From positions 9,384 to 58,011 of the forward strand of contig JAYOFY010000001.1 in assembly GCA_038117465.1 (NCBI GenBank): a DNA stretch of 48,628 bases. Reading direction: 5' to 3'. How positions within the stretch are numbered: position 1 is the first letter of the stretch; each line of letters begins with the position of its first letter. This document shows, in pieces, positions 1 through 14,616 of the stretch. A program made the translations under genes and the position numbers. The notes below the pieces were generated by a model that searched no databases, had not been told where the DNA came from, and worked only from the letters and a program-made list of their open reading frames with translations. Origin of the DNA: Acholeplasmataceae bacterium. GTDB taxonomy: Bacteria; Bacillota_I; Bacilli_A; Acholeplasmatales; Acholeplasmataceae.

Positions 1-4089
<4,089 letters not shown>

Positions 4090-4094
4090 TTATA

Positions 4095-5273
4095 TCATTT
4101 TATCGCTTTAAAAACTTGATTGTCACTGATTTCATCAATGAATTTTGATAGTTTAACATTTTTATTGTATTTATAATGGATGAAATAGAGTGCATGTCTT
4201 GCACGTGTTATTCCTACATAAAATAAGCGTCTTTCTTCCTCAACGGAAAGCTTATTTCCTGAAAACTTATAAGGGATATAATTGTTATCAACGCCTAAAA
4301 TAAATACGCAGTCAAACTCTAACCCTTTTGAAGCATGTAGTGTATATAAAGAAATTTTTTGTATTTTGAACATTGGAATATTTAGATCTATGGTTGATTT
4401 AATATCAAAAAGTTGTTTGTTTGTTCTTGTTATGATTGCATAGCTATTAAACCTGGTACTTAAAATAACATGATATATAAACTGTAAATAAGGATGGATG
4501 GAATTAAAAATATGTAAAGCAACCATACCATTATTTTCAGTTGTACATGATAATGTTTTCTCAATACGATTTGTATTGTTTGTGATCACTTTATTTGCAA
4601 CACTTAATATGTTATTGTCTGAACGATAATTCATATCTAGTGTAATCAAAGTCGCATTGAACTTATGAATGAAGTAGTCTGAAACTTCTTTCATAGCACC
4701 TCTAAATCCATAGATACTCTGATCAGGGTCTCCTACAACAAAGACATGCGTATTCTTATGAATAAGTTTGACTAAAACTCTCAATTGTAAAAAATTAGTG
4801 TCTTGAAATTCATCAATTAAAATATGTTTATATTGATATACGTCTTTAATACTAATAAAACCTATAAGCATATCGTCATAATCAATAAACTTATGTCTTT
4901 TTAAATAACTTATATAACGATGATAAAAGAATGGTTTTCGACCCATTTTGTTTTTATAAAGACTTACTTTTAATAAATAATCTTTGGAAAATGGTGCAGA
5001 CTTAGGGATAACATCAAAACCTTCTATAAACTGGTAACAAAAGCTGTGAAATGTCGATATATAAACATTTTCTATATTTAGACGTTCTTTCATTTGCGTT
5101 GCTGCTTCTTTTGAAAATGTTAATCCTAAAATGTCTTTTTCGGAAACACCTTCAAGTATCAATCTTTTGATTCTTTCAATCATGACTGTTGTTTTTCCAG
5201 AACCAGCACCTGCATTAACAAAAATAAAGCGATCCTTGCATGTGATCGCTTTTAACTGTTTATGATTGTACAT
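4095..5273 (-). CDS. Compact UvrD/PcrA-like SF1 helicase paralog (392 aa)
   Basis: SF1 motifs in order: GAGSGKTT, DEFQDTN, VGDPDQSIYGFRG, NYRS, LHASKGLEFD, YVGITRARH. RBS AAAGGTGA is 5 nt upstream of the ATG. It is about half the length of the neighbouring PcrA. Confidence 0.8.
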   Translation of the reverse strand: MYNHKQLKAITCKDRFIFVNAGAGSGKTTVMIERIKRLILEGVSEKDILGLTFSKEAATQMKERLNIENVYISTFHSFCYQFIEGFDVIPKSAPFSKDYLLKVSLYKNKMGRKPFFYHRYISYLKRHKFIDYDDMLIGFISIKDVYQYKHILIDEFQDTNFLQLRVLVKLIHKNTHVFVVGDPDQSIYGFRGAMKEVSDYFIHKFNATLITLDMNYRSDNNILSVANKVITNNTNRIEKTLSCTTENNGMVALHIFNSIHPYLQFIYHVILSTRFNSYAIITRTNKQLFDIKSTIDLNIPMFKIQKISLYTLHASKGLEFDCVFILGVDNNYIPYKFSGNKLSVEEERRLFYVGITRARHALYFIHYKYNKNVKLSKFIDEISDNQVFKAIK

Positions 5274-5315
5274 TGTATCACCTTTAATAATACTATATAT
5301 ACGAAATGATATTTA

Positions 5316-7389
5316 CTAACTTGTCAGTGCTTTTTTCTTTAAAGCTGGATGGCTTTCAACAATTTTTTTAATACCATAAGGTGCGGGAAAAGCGAGTGTT
5401 GCGACATGTAATAACAACACCATCACCAAATACTGTATGTGTTACTTTGTCCCCTTTAGATAAATATGTTTTCTGTTGCTGAACGCTTGATGATATTGAG
5501 TCTTCTAATTTTTTATCCTGTTTCATTTCTCTCAAGAACCTTGACGCAAAATTCATTTTGAACTGACCATATACCATGCGTCTTTGAGCATGAGAGATAT
5601 AAAGATTGCGTTTTGCGCGTGTGACACCTACATAACACACACGTCTTTCTTCTTCTAATTCTCTGGGATCAACGAGTGAAAAATCAGATGGGAATATTCC
5701 TTCCTCCATTACAACCATAAAGACTGCTTTAAATTCCAATCCTTTTACTTGATGAATGGTGCTTAAAATAATCGCCTCATCATCACTTGACTTATCTAAA
5801 CTTGTGTAAAGCGCAATTTGATCAAGTAATTGTTGTACTTTTTGTTTCGTATTTCCCTCATAATATCCTTCACTCCGTTTAAAAACAGTCACAAGTTCTT
5901 TCAAGTTTGAAATACGATCTTCAGACATTTCATCATGATCTGCCTTAAGCATGTCCATATATCCGGAAATATCAAGGACACTTGCTAAAAACTCATCTAA
6001 GTGCGTAATATCTTGAATGGATGTTTGAATGGATTCGATGATTTCTTTAAATTCTAAAAGTGCTTGCTTTGATTTTCCATTGATATTAACTGTATCTATG
6101 GCATCAAACATAGACAATCCTTCTTCTCGTGCGTGCGCTTCTAATTTTGCAATTGTTGTTTGGCCAATACCCCTTCTAGGAACGTTAATGATACGTTTCA
6201 AATAAAAGTTTTCTATTGGATCTAATATGACGTGAATATATGCAATGGCATCTTTAATTTCTTTTCTTTCATAAAAACTTATGCCACCATATATCTTATA
6301 TGGCAAGCCTTCTTTAATAAGTGCATCTTCAAAAATACGTGATAGGGCATTGTTTCGATATAAAATCGCAATGTCACTGTAATTTGCACCTTCTCTTTTT
6401 AATTTTCTTATTTCATCAATAACAAAATAGGTTTCTTGATAGTCATTTTGTGCGGTATAAAAATGCACTTGTTTTCCTTGTCCTAAATCACTTTTTAATG
6501 ATTTTCCAAGAATTCTATTTTGGTTATGATTAATAAGAAGATTTGCAGCATGCAAAATATCATTTGTGGATCTATAGTTTTGATCTAAAATAATTTGATT
6601 GGCTGAAAATTCTTTTAAGAATTTTTGATTATTTGCATAGTGTGAGCCTCTAAATGCATAAATACTTTGATCAGGATCTCCAACAACAAAAACATTTTTA
6701 TGAGAGATTCCGAGCATTTTTATGATGTCATATTGAATGACATCGGTATCTTGAAACTCATCGATAAGTATATGTTCAAAATATTGTTGATAATAGGTTC
6801 TAATGTCTTCATTCGTTTTAAGTAATTCTTGTGTATATAGTATCAAATCATCAAAGTCTACAAATTGATGTTCACGTAAATATCTAACATACCCTAAATA
6901 TATGTTTTCCTCATCGTTAAATTCAAATGCATCTAAACGTCTCGTTTTATAAAGAGAGATGATGTGTCTTAGGTGCTTCATAGAATAATCTTTCGGTTCT
7001 AAATTTAGAGATTTAATCACCTCTTTAATGATTACTTTGACATCTTCTTCATCAATGATATTAAAATTCAATAAGTATCCATAAGGTAGTAAATGGATAT
7101 GTTTTCTAAGAATTTGGAGTCCAAATGCATGAAACGTATACATCCATACTTGTGATGCAGATGGTCCAACCATATCAATTACACGTGATTTCATTTCTTT
7201 TGCTGCTTTATTTGTAAAGGTTACCGCCAAAATACGGCTTGGATCATATCCTTGAGCAATCAAGTACGCAATGCGCATTGTGAGTGTTCGTGTTTTACCA
7301 GTGCCTGCACCTGCAATGACAAAAACGGAACCCACATCGTGAGTTACCGCTTCAAATTGTTGTTTGTTTAAATCTTTTAAAAACTCCAT
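5316..7389 (-). CDS. pcrA: ATP-dependent DNA helicase PcrA; C-terminal tail apparently frameshifted near 5405-5412
   Basis: The 673-aa track ORF (5368-7389) has AGAGTGKTRT, DEFQDTD, VGDPDQSIYAFRG, NYRS, IHQVKGLEFK and YVGVTRAK. Its last residues (CRNTRFSRTLWY) look out of frame. The adjacent frame reads HVATLAFPAPYGIKKIVESHPALKKKALTS and stops at 5316-5318, matching the usual PcrA tail. Confidence 0.9.
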
Positions 7390-8836
7390 TATTTACTGCT
7401 CTTTAAGGTTACGATTTCGTTTATAAAGATCTCTTTGTCATTGGTTTCTTTATCAATGGAATAAAACCCTAGTCTTTTAAATTGACATTTATCTTCAATT
7501 TTAAGCGATGAGATGTAAGGTTCCGCATATCCATTGTAAGTTTCCCACGAATCTTCTTTAAATCGTGAAATAATATCGCCTTCTTCTTCATCTAAAACCA
7601 TTGGACCAAAAATCTACCTTCTCCACCTAACTACAGTCTTTTATATTTTTTATTTGGTTTTTCAATTTCAAAATCTTCTTTTTCAATATAGATTTCTCTT
7701 GAAAAGGGAATCGTTCTTGTACCAAGTGTTTCTAAATCTGGATGTAATTCCACTTCTAAATCTTCCACTTGATGTTCTGGATAGTTAGTGATGATAACTT
7801 TTAAAGGATCTTTCACCGCCATTAATCTTGGTGCTTTCAAATTAAGATCGTCTCTTAATGCTGCATCTAACATGGATGAATCAATTGTTGAATTAATTTT
7901 AGAAAGTCCTGATTCTAAGATAAATCTCCGAATCGCATCTGGTGTATAACCTCTACGGCGTAACCCTTTTAATGTTGGCATTCTTGGATCATCCCATCCA
8001 ACAACTTTGTTTTCTTCAACCAATTGTCTTAAATATCTTTTAGACATAACAGTATTTTCAATTGTAAGTCTACCAAATTCAATTTGTCTTGGAACTTTTG
8101 GCATTTCTGTCTCGCGAACGACCCAATCATAAAGCGGACGGTGATCTTCAAACTCTAAACTACAAAGTGAGTGGGTGATGCCTTCAATCGCATCTTCAAT
8201 TGGATGTGCAAAATCATACATAGGATAAATTACCCAGTCATTTCCTCTGTGGTGATGATGGTCAAAAGAAATCCGGTATATAACTGGATCTCTCATGTTC
8301 ATGTTTGGACTTGTCATATCTATTTTTGCACGTAAAACACATGATCCTTCTTCTTTTTTTCCATCTTTCATTGCTTGAAAAAGGGTCATGTTCTCTTCAA
8401 TTGGTCGATTTCTGTAGGGTGATTCTACACCTTTTGTCCCAGTAGTACCACGCATATTTTTAATATCTTCCGGGCTTGATTCATCTACATAAGCAAGTCC
8501 TTTTTTAATAAGAATACACGCACGTGCATACATTTCTTCAAAGTAATCTGAAGCATAGTAGATGCCATCAGGCTCGTACCCTAACCAGCGTATATCCGAA
8601 ATGATATTTTGAACAAAAATATCATCTTCTTTAGAAGGATTGGTGTCGTCAAATCGAAGGTTAGTTTTTCCTCCAAAAGATTTTGCGAGTTCAAAATTCG
8701 TGACAATCGCACGAGCATGACCAATATGTAAAAAACCATTCGGTTCAGGCGGAAACCTTGTGATAATTTCGGAATGTTTTTTTGTTTCTAAATCTGTTTC
8801 CATGATAGATTTAATAAAGTTTGATTGTATACTCAT
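7389..8836 (-). pseudogene. glnS: Glutaminyl-tRNA synthetase, disrupted (in-frame TAG, frameshift, shortened anticodon-binding region)
   Basis: 7631-8836 encodes 401 aa with HIGH (LHIGHAR) and KMSKS-like (VMSKR) motifs and ends ...KKYKRL at TAG 7631-7633. The same frame continues LGGEGRFLVQWF to a second TAG. 7389-7601, in another frame, encodes a GlnRS-type C-terminus (CQFKRLGFYSIDKE...IFINEIVTLK). Its stop overlaps the pcrA ATG (TAATG). Confidence 0.75.
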
Positions 8837-8855
8837 AGGCTTTCTACTTTCATCA

Positions 8856-10484
8856 TTAATTTAATATGGATTCAAGAATTGTTGTATCACCGATATAATC
8901 AAAGATAATACTTTCTATCTCACTTCTCATTGTATCATCTAACGCATCATAGATTTCTGAAAAATCTTCAAATGCATCACTTATTGCATCGACATCATCT
9001 GTCTGAAACGCTGTAACAATCTCATCTAAAGATGCTTGAATATCATCTGGCAAGGCATCGATGTCTGATAACGCCTCTACGATCACCTCGATATCATCGA
9101 GTTGTGTTTCTATTGGACTTAGTAAAGATGCTTCAACTGCTATTATAAGATTTGAGTCTTGTGTTGATATGGTTTCAATAGGTAGTTGATTCGTAACGTC
9201 TGACATAATTTCAGAAATATCAATTGTGTTGTTTTCAATTGGAATTTGAGCTATTGTAAGCATTTGATTAATAAATGCTTGATCAAAATTACTATCTCCT
9301 ATTGATAAACGATTTAGCGTGATCATGGATTGATTATTCTCAAATGTAAGGTCTGTTTCTAATTGAATGATAGTTTGAAATACAACTGTATTATTTGAAT
9401 CAAAGAGTTTTACAGGTACGTTTAATAAAATCTCACCATCTATCTCTAAATAAGGATACATCAGTTCTATATTATATCCGCTTATATCAAATGAAATCGG
9501 AAAAAGATTGTTTGTTGCAACAAATAATAACGGATTTAAATCATTTGCTTCAAGTGCAATGTCATATGTACGATCATTTTCTTCTCGAGTCACAACCTCT
9601 TGAAATAACGCAACATAGTTAATGGATTCATAGATGTTTGTGGTTGCTTGATCAAAAGATTGAATGTTACTAAATTGCGTCATATCGAATGGATCTGTTT
9701 GATCCGAAAGTTTTTCTAAATGAATGAGAAATGACAACTCTGATGCTTCTGATTTAATTTCAAATAAGTCATTTTGTTGCAGATTACTCAGTAATACAGT
9801 AATAAATTCTGAAGTTTCCTCATCATTCATTTGTTGACTCAAAATAGTGGAGATACTCAATGAAAGTGATTTTTCTTCGTGATCATATGTCCCAAATTGA
9901 TTAAGCAAATCAGAAATTTCTTCAACTAAATCAATGCCTGCTAAGTTGAGACCAAATACAGCGACATCTAACATCCATAATATCGGAAGATTTCCAATAT
10001 AAATATTTTCTATTTGAAGTGTGATGATATCACCATCAAAATCAACATCAAAAATGATTCTAAGCGATGTTTGATATGTAAAATTTGGAATAACAAAAAT
10101 ATCAAGCTTAGAAACCAGTTCAATAGCATCTTCTTCAAAAACAAACCAACTTCCAGCATAACCAAACTGTGTTTCTTCAATCACATAGGTGCTACTCGTA
10201 TCAAATGAAGCATTAGAAGTTTTTAATACGTCAAGCATGTATTGATTGACTTGATTCTCATTGATTGAAAAGAATAAAGGTGTCTCTAATTCGTTAACTT
10301 GTGCATACATTTCAAACCCATCAGATATAACTTCTTCAAAAACAAGTGTTTCTAATTGATCATTATCTTTATAATAAGGATCTATTGGTTGGTACATCGC
10401 AATGAGAAAAATAACCGGAATGATTAAAGAAATCAAGATTGGTAAAAGAATGTACTTAAATAAAATTTTCATTAAAAAGAACAT
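8856..10484 (-). CDS. Hypothetical N-terminally membrane-anchored, very acidic protein (542 aa)
   Basis: Long ORF with RBS AAGGAG 6 nt upstream. Has one N-terminal hydrophobic helix ([25 protein letters not shown]), then a D/E/S/T-rich body. No motif recognised. Confidence 0.7.
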   Translation of the reverse strand: MFFLMKILFKYILLPILISLIIPVIFLIAMYQPIDPYYKDNDQLETLVFEEVISDGFEMYAQVNELETPLFFSINENQVNQYMLDVLKTSNASFDTSSTYVIEETQFGYAGSWFVFEEDAIELVSKLDIFVIPNFTYQTSLRIIFDVDFDGDIITLQIENIYIGNLPILWMLDVAVFGLNLAGIDLVEEISDLLNQFGTYDHEEKSLSLSISTILSQQMNDEETSEFITVLLSNLQQNDLFEIKSEASELSFLIHLEKLSDQTDPFDMTQFSNIQSFDQATTNIYESINYVALFQEVVTREENDRTYDIALEANDLNPLLFVATNNLFPISFDISGYNIELMYPYLEIDGEILLNVPVKLFDSNNTVVFQTIIQLETDLTFENNQSMITLNRLSIGDSNFDQAFINQMLTIAQIPIENNTIDISEIMSDVTNQLPIETISTQDSNLIIAVEASLLSPIETQLDDIEVIVEALSDIDALPDDIQASLDEIVTAFQTDDVDAISDAFEDFSEIYDALDDTMRSEIESIIFDYIGDTTILESILN

Positions 10485-10496
10485 AACGACTCCTTT

Positions 10497-11480
10497 TTAT
10501 AGTGATAAGTTTGCCTGACCACCGAGTATATATGTGTTAGGTTGTTTTTGATGTTTGAGTTGATGATACGCAGCAGCAGCAATCATAATCGCGTTGTCTG
10601 TACAAATATTTAGTGGTGGAATCACAATATCTTTATGAGCGTATTTGTCATGTAACATTTGCCTTAATCCTTTGTTTGCCGCAACACCACCAACAACAAT
10701 AAGTTGTTTTACATCGTAAAGATCAAACGTTTTTTCTAATTTATAATCCATCACATCTAAAACCGCTGCTTGAAATGATGCACACATATTATCGATTTGA
10801 ATGTTTTCTTTTTCTTTGCCTACGATATTCGCAACCGAACTTTTTAACCCTGAAAAACTAAAGTTCAACCCTTGGCTTTCTAGTTTAGGTCTAGGTAAAT
10901 GATACGTATCTTTCCCCAGACTTGCTTTTTGATCAATTAATGGTCCACCTGGATATCCAAGCCCTAACATTTTAGCGACTTTGTCATAAGCTTCACCAAC
11001 AGCATCATCAAGCGTTTCTCCGATAATTTCAAATTGCATGTGATCTTTCATATATATGAGTTCAGTGTGACCACCTGATACAAGTAATGCAACTAACGGA
11101 AATGTAAATGGTGTGACGACATTGGCAGAATAAATATGTCCTACTAAATGATTGATGCCAATGAGTGGTATGTTGTGCGCATAAGCAAATGCGGTTGCCG
11201 CATTAATACCAACAAGGAGTGATCCAATTAATCCAGGCCCTTTAGTAACTGCAACAGCATTGATATCTTTAATGTCGATATTTGCATCGTTCATTGCCTT
11301 TTCTATGAGCCTAGTAATCACCGGAACATGGTTTCTCGATGCCATTTCAGGAACAACACCACCAAAAGATTTGAATATGTCAATTTGAGAAACAAGTGCA
11401 TGTGATAATACGTTGCGTTCGTTTTCTAAAATCGCAACACTCGTTTCATCACAACTACTTTCAATGGCTAATATAATCAT
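10497..11480 (-). CDS. tsaD: tRNA N6-adenosine threonylcarbamoyltransferase TsaD
   Basis: 327 aa. Has N-terminus MIILAIESSCDETSVAILE and NHLVGHIYS, placing it in the Kae1/TsaD family. Last gene of a tsaE-tsaB-rimI-tsaD block. Confidence 0.95.
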   Translation of the reverse strand: MIILAIESSCDETSVAILENERNVLSHALVSQIDIFKSFGGVVPEMASRNHVPVITRLIEKAMNDANIDIKDINAVAVTKGPGLIGSLLVGINAATAFAYAHNIPLIGINHLVGHIYSANVVTPFTFPLVALLVSGGHTELIYMKDHMQFEIIGETLDDAVGEAYDKVAKMLGLGYPGGPLIDQKASLGKDTYHLPRPKLESQGLNFSFSGLKSSVANIVGKEKENIQIDNMCASFQAAVLDVMDYKLEKTFDLYDVKQLIVVGGVAANKGLRQMLHDKYAHKDIVIPPLNICTDNAIMIAAAAYHQLKHQKQPNTYILGGQANLSL

Positions 11481-11913
11481 CTTTAAATTCCTTTATATAA
11501 ACAACTGCATCTTCGTTTTGATAATAATTGGGTCTTAAATAGGATTCAACAAATCCGTATTGCTGATAAAATCCTATTGCAACCTGATTTGATTTGCGTA
11601 CTTCAAGCGACATACTCATAACACCTAAAGAAAGCATCTCTTTTAGTACATACTCAAATAAATATTTTCCGTATCCTTGTCTTTGTTTTTCTTTATACAC
11701 AGCAAAATTAAGTATTTCACCGTGATCATCTACAACTCTTATACCAATATAGCCAATACCAACACCTTGATCCTCTACTAAGTAGTAATTTGCAAAAGGA
11801 TTTGTTAAAAATTCTTGTCTAAAAAATGGCATGCCTAAAGATGTTTGAAGTGCGCTTTCTTCTATGGATACAATTGTCTCTATATCCTCGAGTCTTGCTT
11901 TTCTAACTTGCAT
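11461..11913 (-). CDS. rimI: Ribosomal-protein-alanine N-acetyltransferase (GNAT) RimI
   Basis: 150-aa GNAT fold (QRQGYGKYLFEYVL). Sits in the classical position between tsaB and tsaD and overlaps both neighbours. Confidence 0.85.
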   Translation of the reverse strand: MQVRKARLEDIETIVSIEESALQTSLGMPFFRQEFLTNPFANYYLVEDQGVGIGYIGIRVVDDHGEILNFAVYKEKQRQGYGKYLFEYVLKEMLSLGVMSMSLEVRKSNQVAIGFYQQYGFVESYLRPNYYQNEDAVVYIKEFKDDYISH

Positions 11914-12487
11914 TGATTTCTGCCTCTGTTATTCTCGCATAGTTTGGTTCAAACATATGTATGTCTTTTATGTCATATTTATGTTGATCAATGATTTCAA
12001 TATCGATTTTCCCTTGGTCTTCATGGATGTAAACCGGTATTGTATCCTTGTAAAGAGTATGCTTGATCACATTTTCTAAAAGGATGTACTGACTCTTCAT
12101 ATAAACTTGGTTGCCTTCATAAATGCAGGCAAAAACATATCCTCTTCTTGCATCGTGAAATGCTGATATTTTTCCTTTATATCCTGATGTTAAAAATATC
12201 AAACTAGATACCGCAAAAAGTGGTATGTTTTTTGCATAACATAATGTTTTACTTACGGTTGCTGCAACTCTAATACCCGTATATGAACCTGGTCCTTCAC
12301 CTACGATAATTTCTGAAAGATCATCTAATTTAAGATGATGTTTACTTAACATTTGATCGATACGATCTACTAAGAATGTTGCATGATCGCGTTTTCCCAA
12401 GTATTTAGCGGTGTCAATTAGTTCGTTTTTATCAGCCAAAACGATATACATGACATCTGTAGAGGTATCTATGTATAGTTTTTTCAT
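11903..12487 (-). CDS. tsaB: t6A biosynthesis protein TsaB
   Basis: Start moved to ATG 12487 (MKKLYIDTSTD). It has RBS GGAGGAA 5 nt upstream and forms an ATGA overlap with the tsaE stop. The longer track start 12526 lies inside tsaE. Confidence 0.85.
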   Translation of the reverse strand: MKKLYIDTSTDVMYIVLADKNELIDTAKYLGKRDHATFLVDRIDQMLSKHHLKLDDLSEIIVGEGPGSYTGIRVAATVSKTLCYAKNIPLFAVSSLIFLTSGYKGKISAFHDARRGYVFACIYEGNQVYMKSQYILLENVIKHTLYKDTIPVYIHEDQGKIDIEIIDQHKYDIKDIHMFEPNYARITEAEINAS

Positions 12488-12942
12488 CGTAGTTCCTCCA
12501 AATGCATACAGTGAGATGCATGACAAGAAATTTCTATTTGTCTTTTATGTTCAGAGATGGAAGTAAACTTTACTTTGATATACTGTTCTGGGAGAATATT
12601 TGGAACTTTCAAAGGCCATTCAATTACTTTAAATCCTTCAGAATACATATATTCTTCTAAATCATAATCCTGATTGTTTTCTTCTAAGCGGTATAAATCG
12701 AAATGATACAAATATTGATTTGATGATTTAGAGTGATATTCTTTCATAATGGTATAGCTTGGACTATTGATGACGCGTGTAATCTCTAATGCCTTACCAA
12801 TACCTTTTGTAAACGTTGTTTTTCCTGCAGCTAGTGGGCCTTCTAATAAAATCACTGGTGCATCTTCATAACGCAAAAAAGAGGCAAGTCTATAGCCTAA
12901 AGCTTCTGTTTCTTGCTCGTTCTGCGTGATGAAAGTAGGCAT
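12484..12942 (-). CDS. tsaE: t6A biosynthesis ATPase TsaE
   Basis: 152 aa with P-loop GPLAAGKTTFTKG. First gene of the tsa block. Confidence 0.9.
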   Translation of the reverse strand: MPTFITQNEQETEALGYRLASFLRYEDAPVILLEGPLAAGKTTFTKGIGKALEITRVINSPSYTIMKEYHSKSSNQYLYHFDLYRLEENNQDYDLEEYMYSEGFKVIEWPLKVPNILPEQYIKVKFTSISEHKRQIEISCHASHCMHLEELR

Positions 12943-12945
12943 ATA

Positions 12946-14223
12946 TTAATATCCAGGCTTACCGAGTAATTGAAACATATGTTTTTTATATGACTCAACA
13001 CCTGGTTGATCAAATGGATTAATATCAATTAAATATGCAGACATTGCACATGCAATTTCAAAGAAATACATCATATATCCAAAGGATGCTTCACTCACAT
13101 TTTCTAAATGAAGCACGATGTTAGGCACTTGTCCTTCTTGATGTGCTAAAAGCGTTCCCTCTTCAGCCTTCGTATTAACATATGATAGTGTTTTTCCTGC
13201 TAAATAATTTAAACCATCTAAATCATTATCTTGCTTTTGAATTTCGATATCTTTTGTTGGTGTATCAATATGGATGATGGTTTCAAAGAGATGTCTTTCC
13301 CCTTCTTGAATATACTGTCCTAGAGAATGTAGATCTGTTGAAAACAACGCACTAGAAATAAATAATCCTTTATTTTCTTTTCCCTCAGATTCTCCAAAGA
13401 GTTGTTTCCACCATTCGTTTACATACTGCATATTCGGTTCATAACTTGCAAGCATCTCAATCTTTTTACCTTGTTGATAAAGCATATATCTTAACACGGC
13501 ATATTGATAGCTCACATTTTTAGATAGGTCACTTGTTGATGCATCTTGATATGCTTTTTGTGCACCTTGTATCATTTTATTGATATCATATCCTGCAACA
13601 GCCAAAGGCAATAAGCCCACTGGGGATAACACACTATATCTTCCACCAACATCATCAGGAATGACAAATTGATCATATCCTTCAGCTTTAGATAGTTGAT
13701 ATAAAGCACCTCTCGCCTGATCTGTAGTCGCAACAATTCTAGATTGAAGCTCTTCTTTAGAATATCTTTCTTTTAATTGGTCCATAATAAGTCTAAAGGC
13801 AATGGCAGGTTCCGTTGTTGTTCCAGATTTAGAAATGACATTTACTGCAACATTTTTATCTTTAATGTAATTTAATAACTCAACCATATAAGTACTTGAC
13901 ATGTTATGTCCAGCAAAAAGAATCTCAGGTTTTGTTTGTTTAAAAGGGGTTTCTAAAAAATGAAGTCCTGCTTTAGTACCTAAGTAAGACCCACCAATAC
14001 CAATGACGATTAAAACATCATATTGTTTTAATCTATTCGCAATTTGTTGAATTCTAGGCAATTGCGCCGTGATTGTATTTGGTAATTCTACCCAACCTAA
14101 AAAATCAGCACCTTTTCCTGTTTTATTGCGGATCATGTGATGAATATTATCAACAACAGGTTGAAAATCACCGATGTTTCCTTTTAAAAATGATTTGATG
14201 TAGGTATCATTTAGTTGAATCAT
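12946..14223 (-). CDS. pgi: Glucose-6-phosphate isomerase
   Basis: 425 aa, Firmicute-type PGI with strings IGIGGSYLG and VGGRYSVLSPVGLLP. Confidence 0.95.
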   Translation of the reverse strand: MIQLNDTYIKSFLKGNIGDFQPVVDNIHHMIRNKTGKGADFLGWVELPNTITAQLPRIQQIANRLKQYDVLIVIGIGGSYLGTKAGLHFLETPFKQTKPEILFAGHNMSSTYMVELLNYIKDKNVAVNVISKSGTTTEPAIAFRLIMDQLKERYSKEELQSRIVATTDQARGALYQLSKAEGYDQFVIPDDVGGRYSVLSPVGLLPLAVAGYDINKMIQGAQKAYQDASTSDLSKNVSYQYAVLRYMLYQQGKKIEMLASYEPNMQYVNEWWKQLFGESEGKENKGLFISSALFSTDLHSLGQYIQEGERHLFETIIHIDTPTKDIEIQKQDNDLDGLNYLAGKTLSYVNTKAEEGTLLAHQEGQVPNIVLHLENVSEASFGYMMYFFEIACAMSAYLIDINPFDQPGVESYKKHMFQLLGKPGY

Positions 14224-14557
14224 GTTTTTCTCCTTTAATATGCTTCATTGCTTTTTCTATGAAATGAGGAATTACTCTTTCTAAGCTTATAAATCCTGAA
14301 ATAATTTTTATGTGTTTTGAAACACTTGATGGAATATCGTATGCTCTTTTTAAACTCAGTTTGAGTTTATTATTGTGTTCTTCTAATACATAACAATCCA
14401 TTTCATCGTGTACTTGTAAAATATCTTCTATGTTGGCAACATAAAAATTTGAGAGCTCAGAAATATGAATTAAGCCTTTTTTTTGACCGCACTCAACAAA
14501 TGCGCCATACGATTGAATACCTGTTACTTTGCACCTAATAATACGATTTGATTCCAT
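14207..14557 (-). CDS. S1 RNA-binding domain protein (YugI/GSP13-like)
   Basis: 116 aa with an S1 fold string VTGIQSYGAFVECGQKKGLIHISELS. GAGG RBS present. Overlaps pgi by 17 nt. Confidence 0.8.
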   Translation of the reverse strand: MESNRIIRCKVTGIQSYGAFVECGQKKGLIHISELSNFYVANIEDILQVHDEMDCYVLEEHNNKLKLSLKRAYDIPSSVSKHIKIISGFISLERVIPHFIEKAMKHIKGEKHDSTK

Positions 14558-14573
14558 AGAAAAACCTCATTTT

Positions 14574-14582
14574 ATTATATCA
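14574..14582 (-). promoter_or_regulatory. Extended -10 promoter element TGATATAAT upstream of the S1-domain gene
   Basis: The minus strand reads TGATATAAT, followed by AAAATGAGG (RBS) and ATG 14557. It lies immediately downstream of the degV terminator. Confidence 0.55.
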
Positions 14583-14583
14583 T

Positions 14584-14609
14584 AAAAAAGGATACCCTAA
14601 GGTATCCTT
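14584..14609 (-). terminator. Rho-independent terminator after degV
   Basis: The minus strand reads AAGGATACC-TTAG-GGTATCCTT followed by TTTT. 9-bp stem, 4-nt loop, 8 nt after the degV stop. Confidence 0.8.
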
Positions 14610-14616
14610 AATTGTA

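Noticed and set aside
7389-7601. 70-aa ORF as an independent small gene
   Set aside because: Its sequence is the C-terminal end of GlnRS (QFKRLGFYSIDKE...). It is treated as a fragment of the disrupted glnS.
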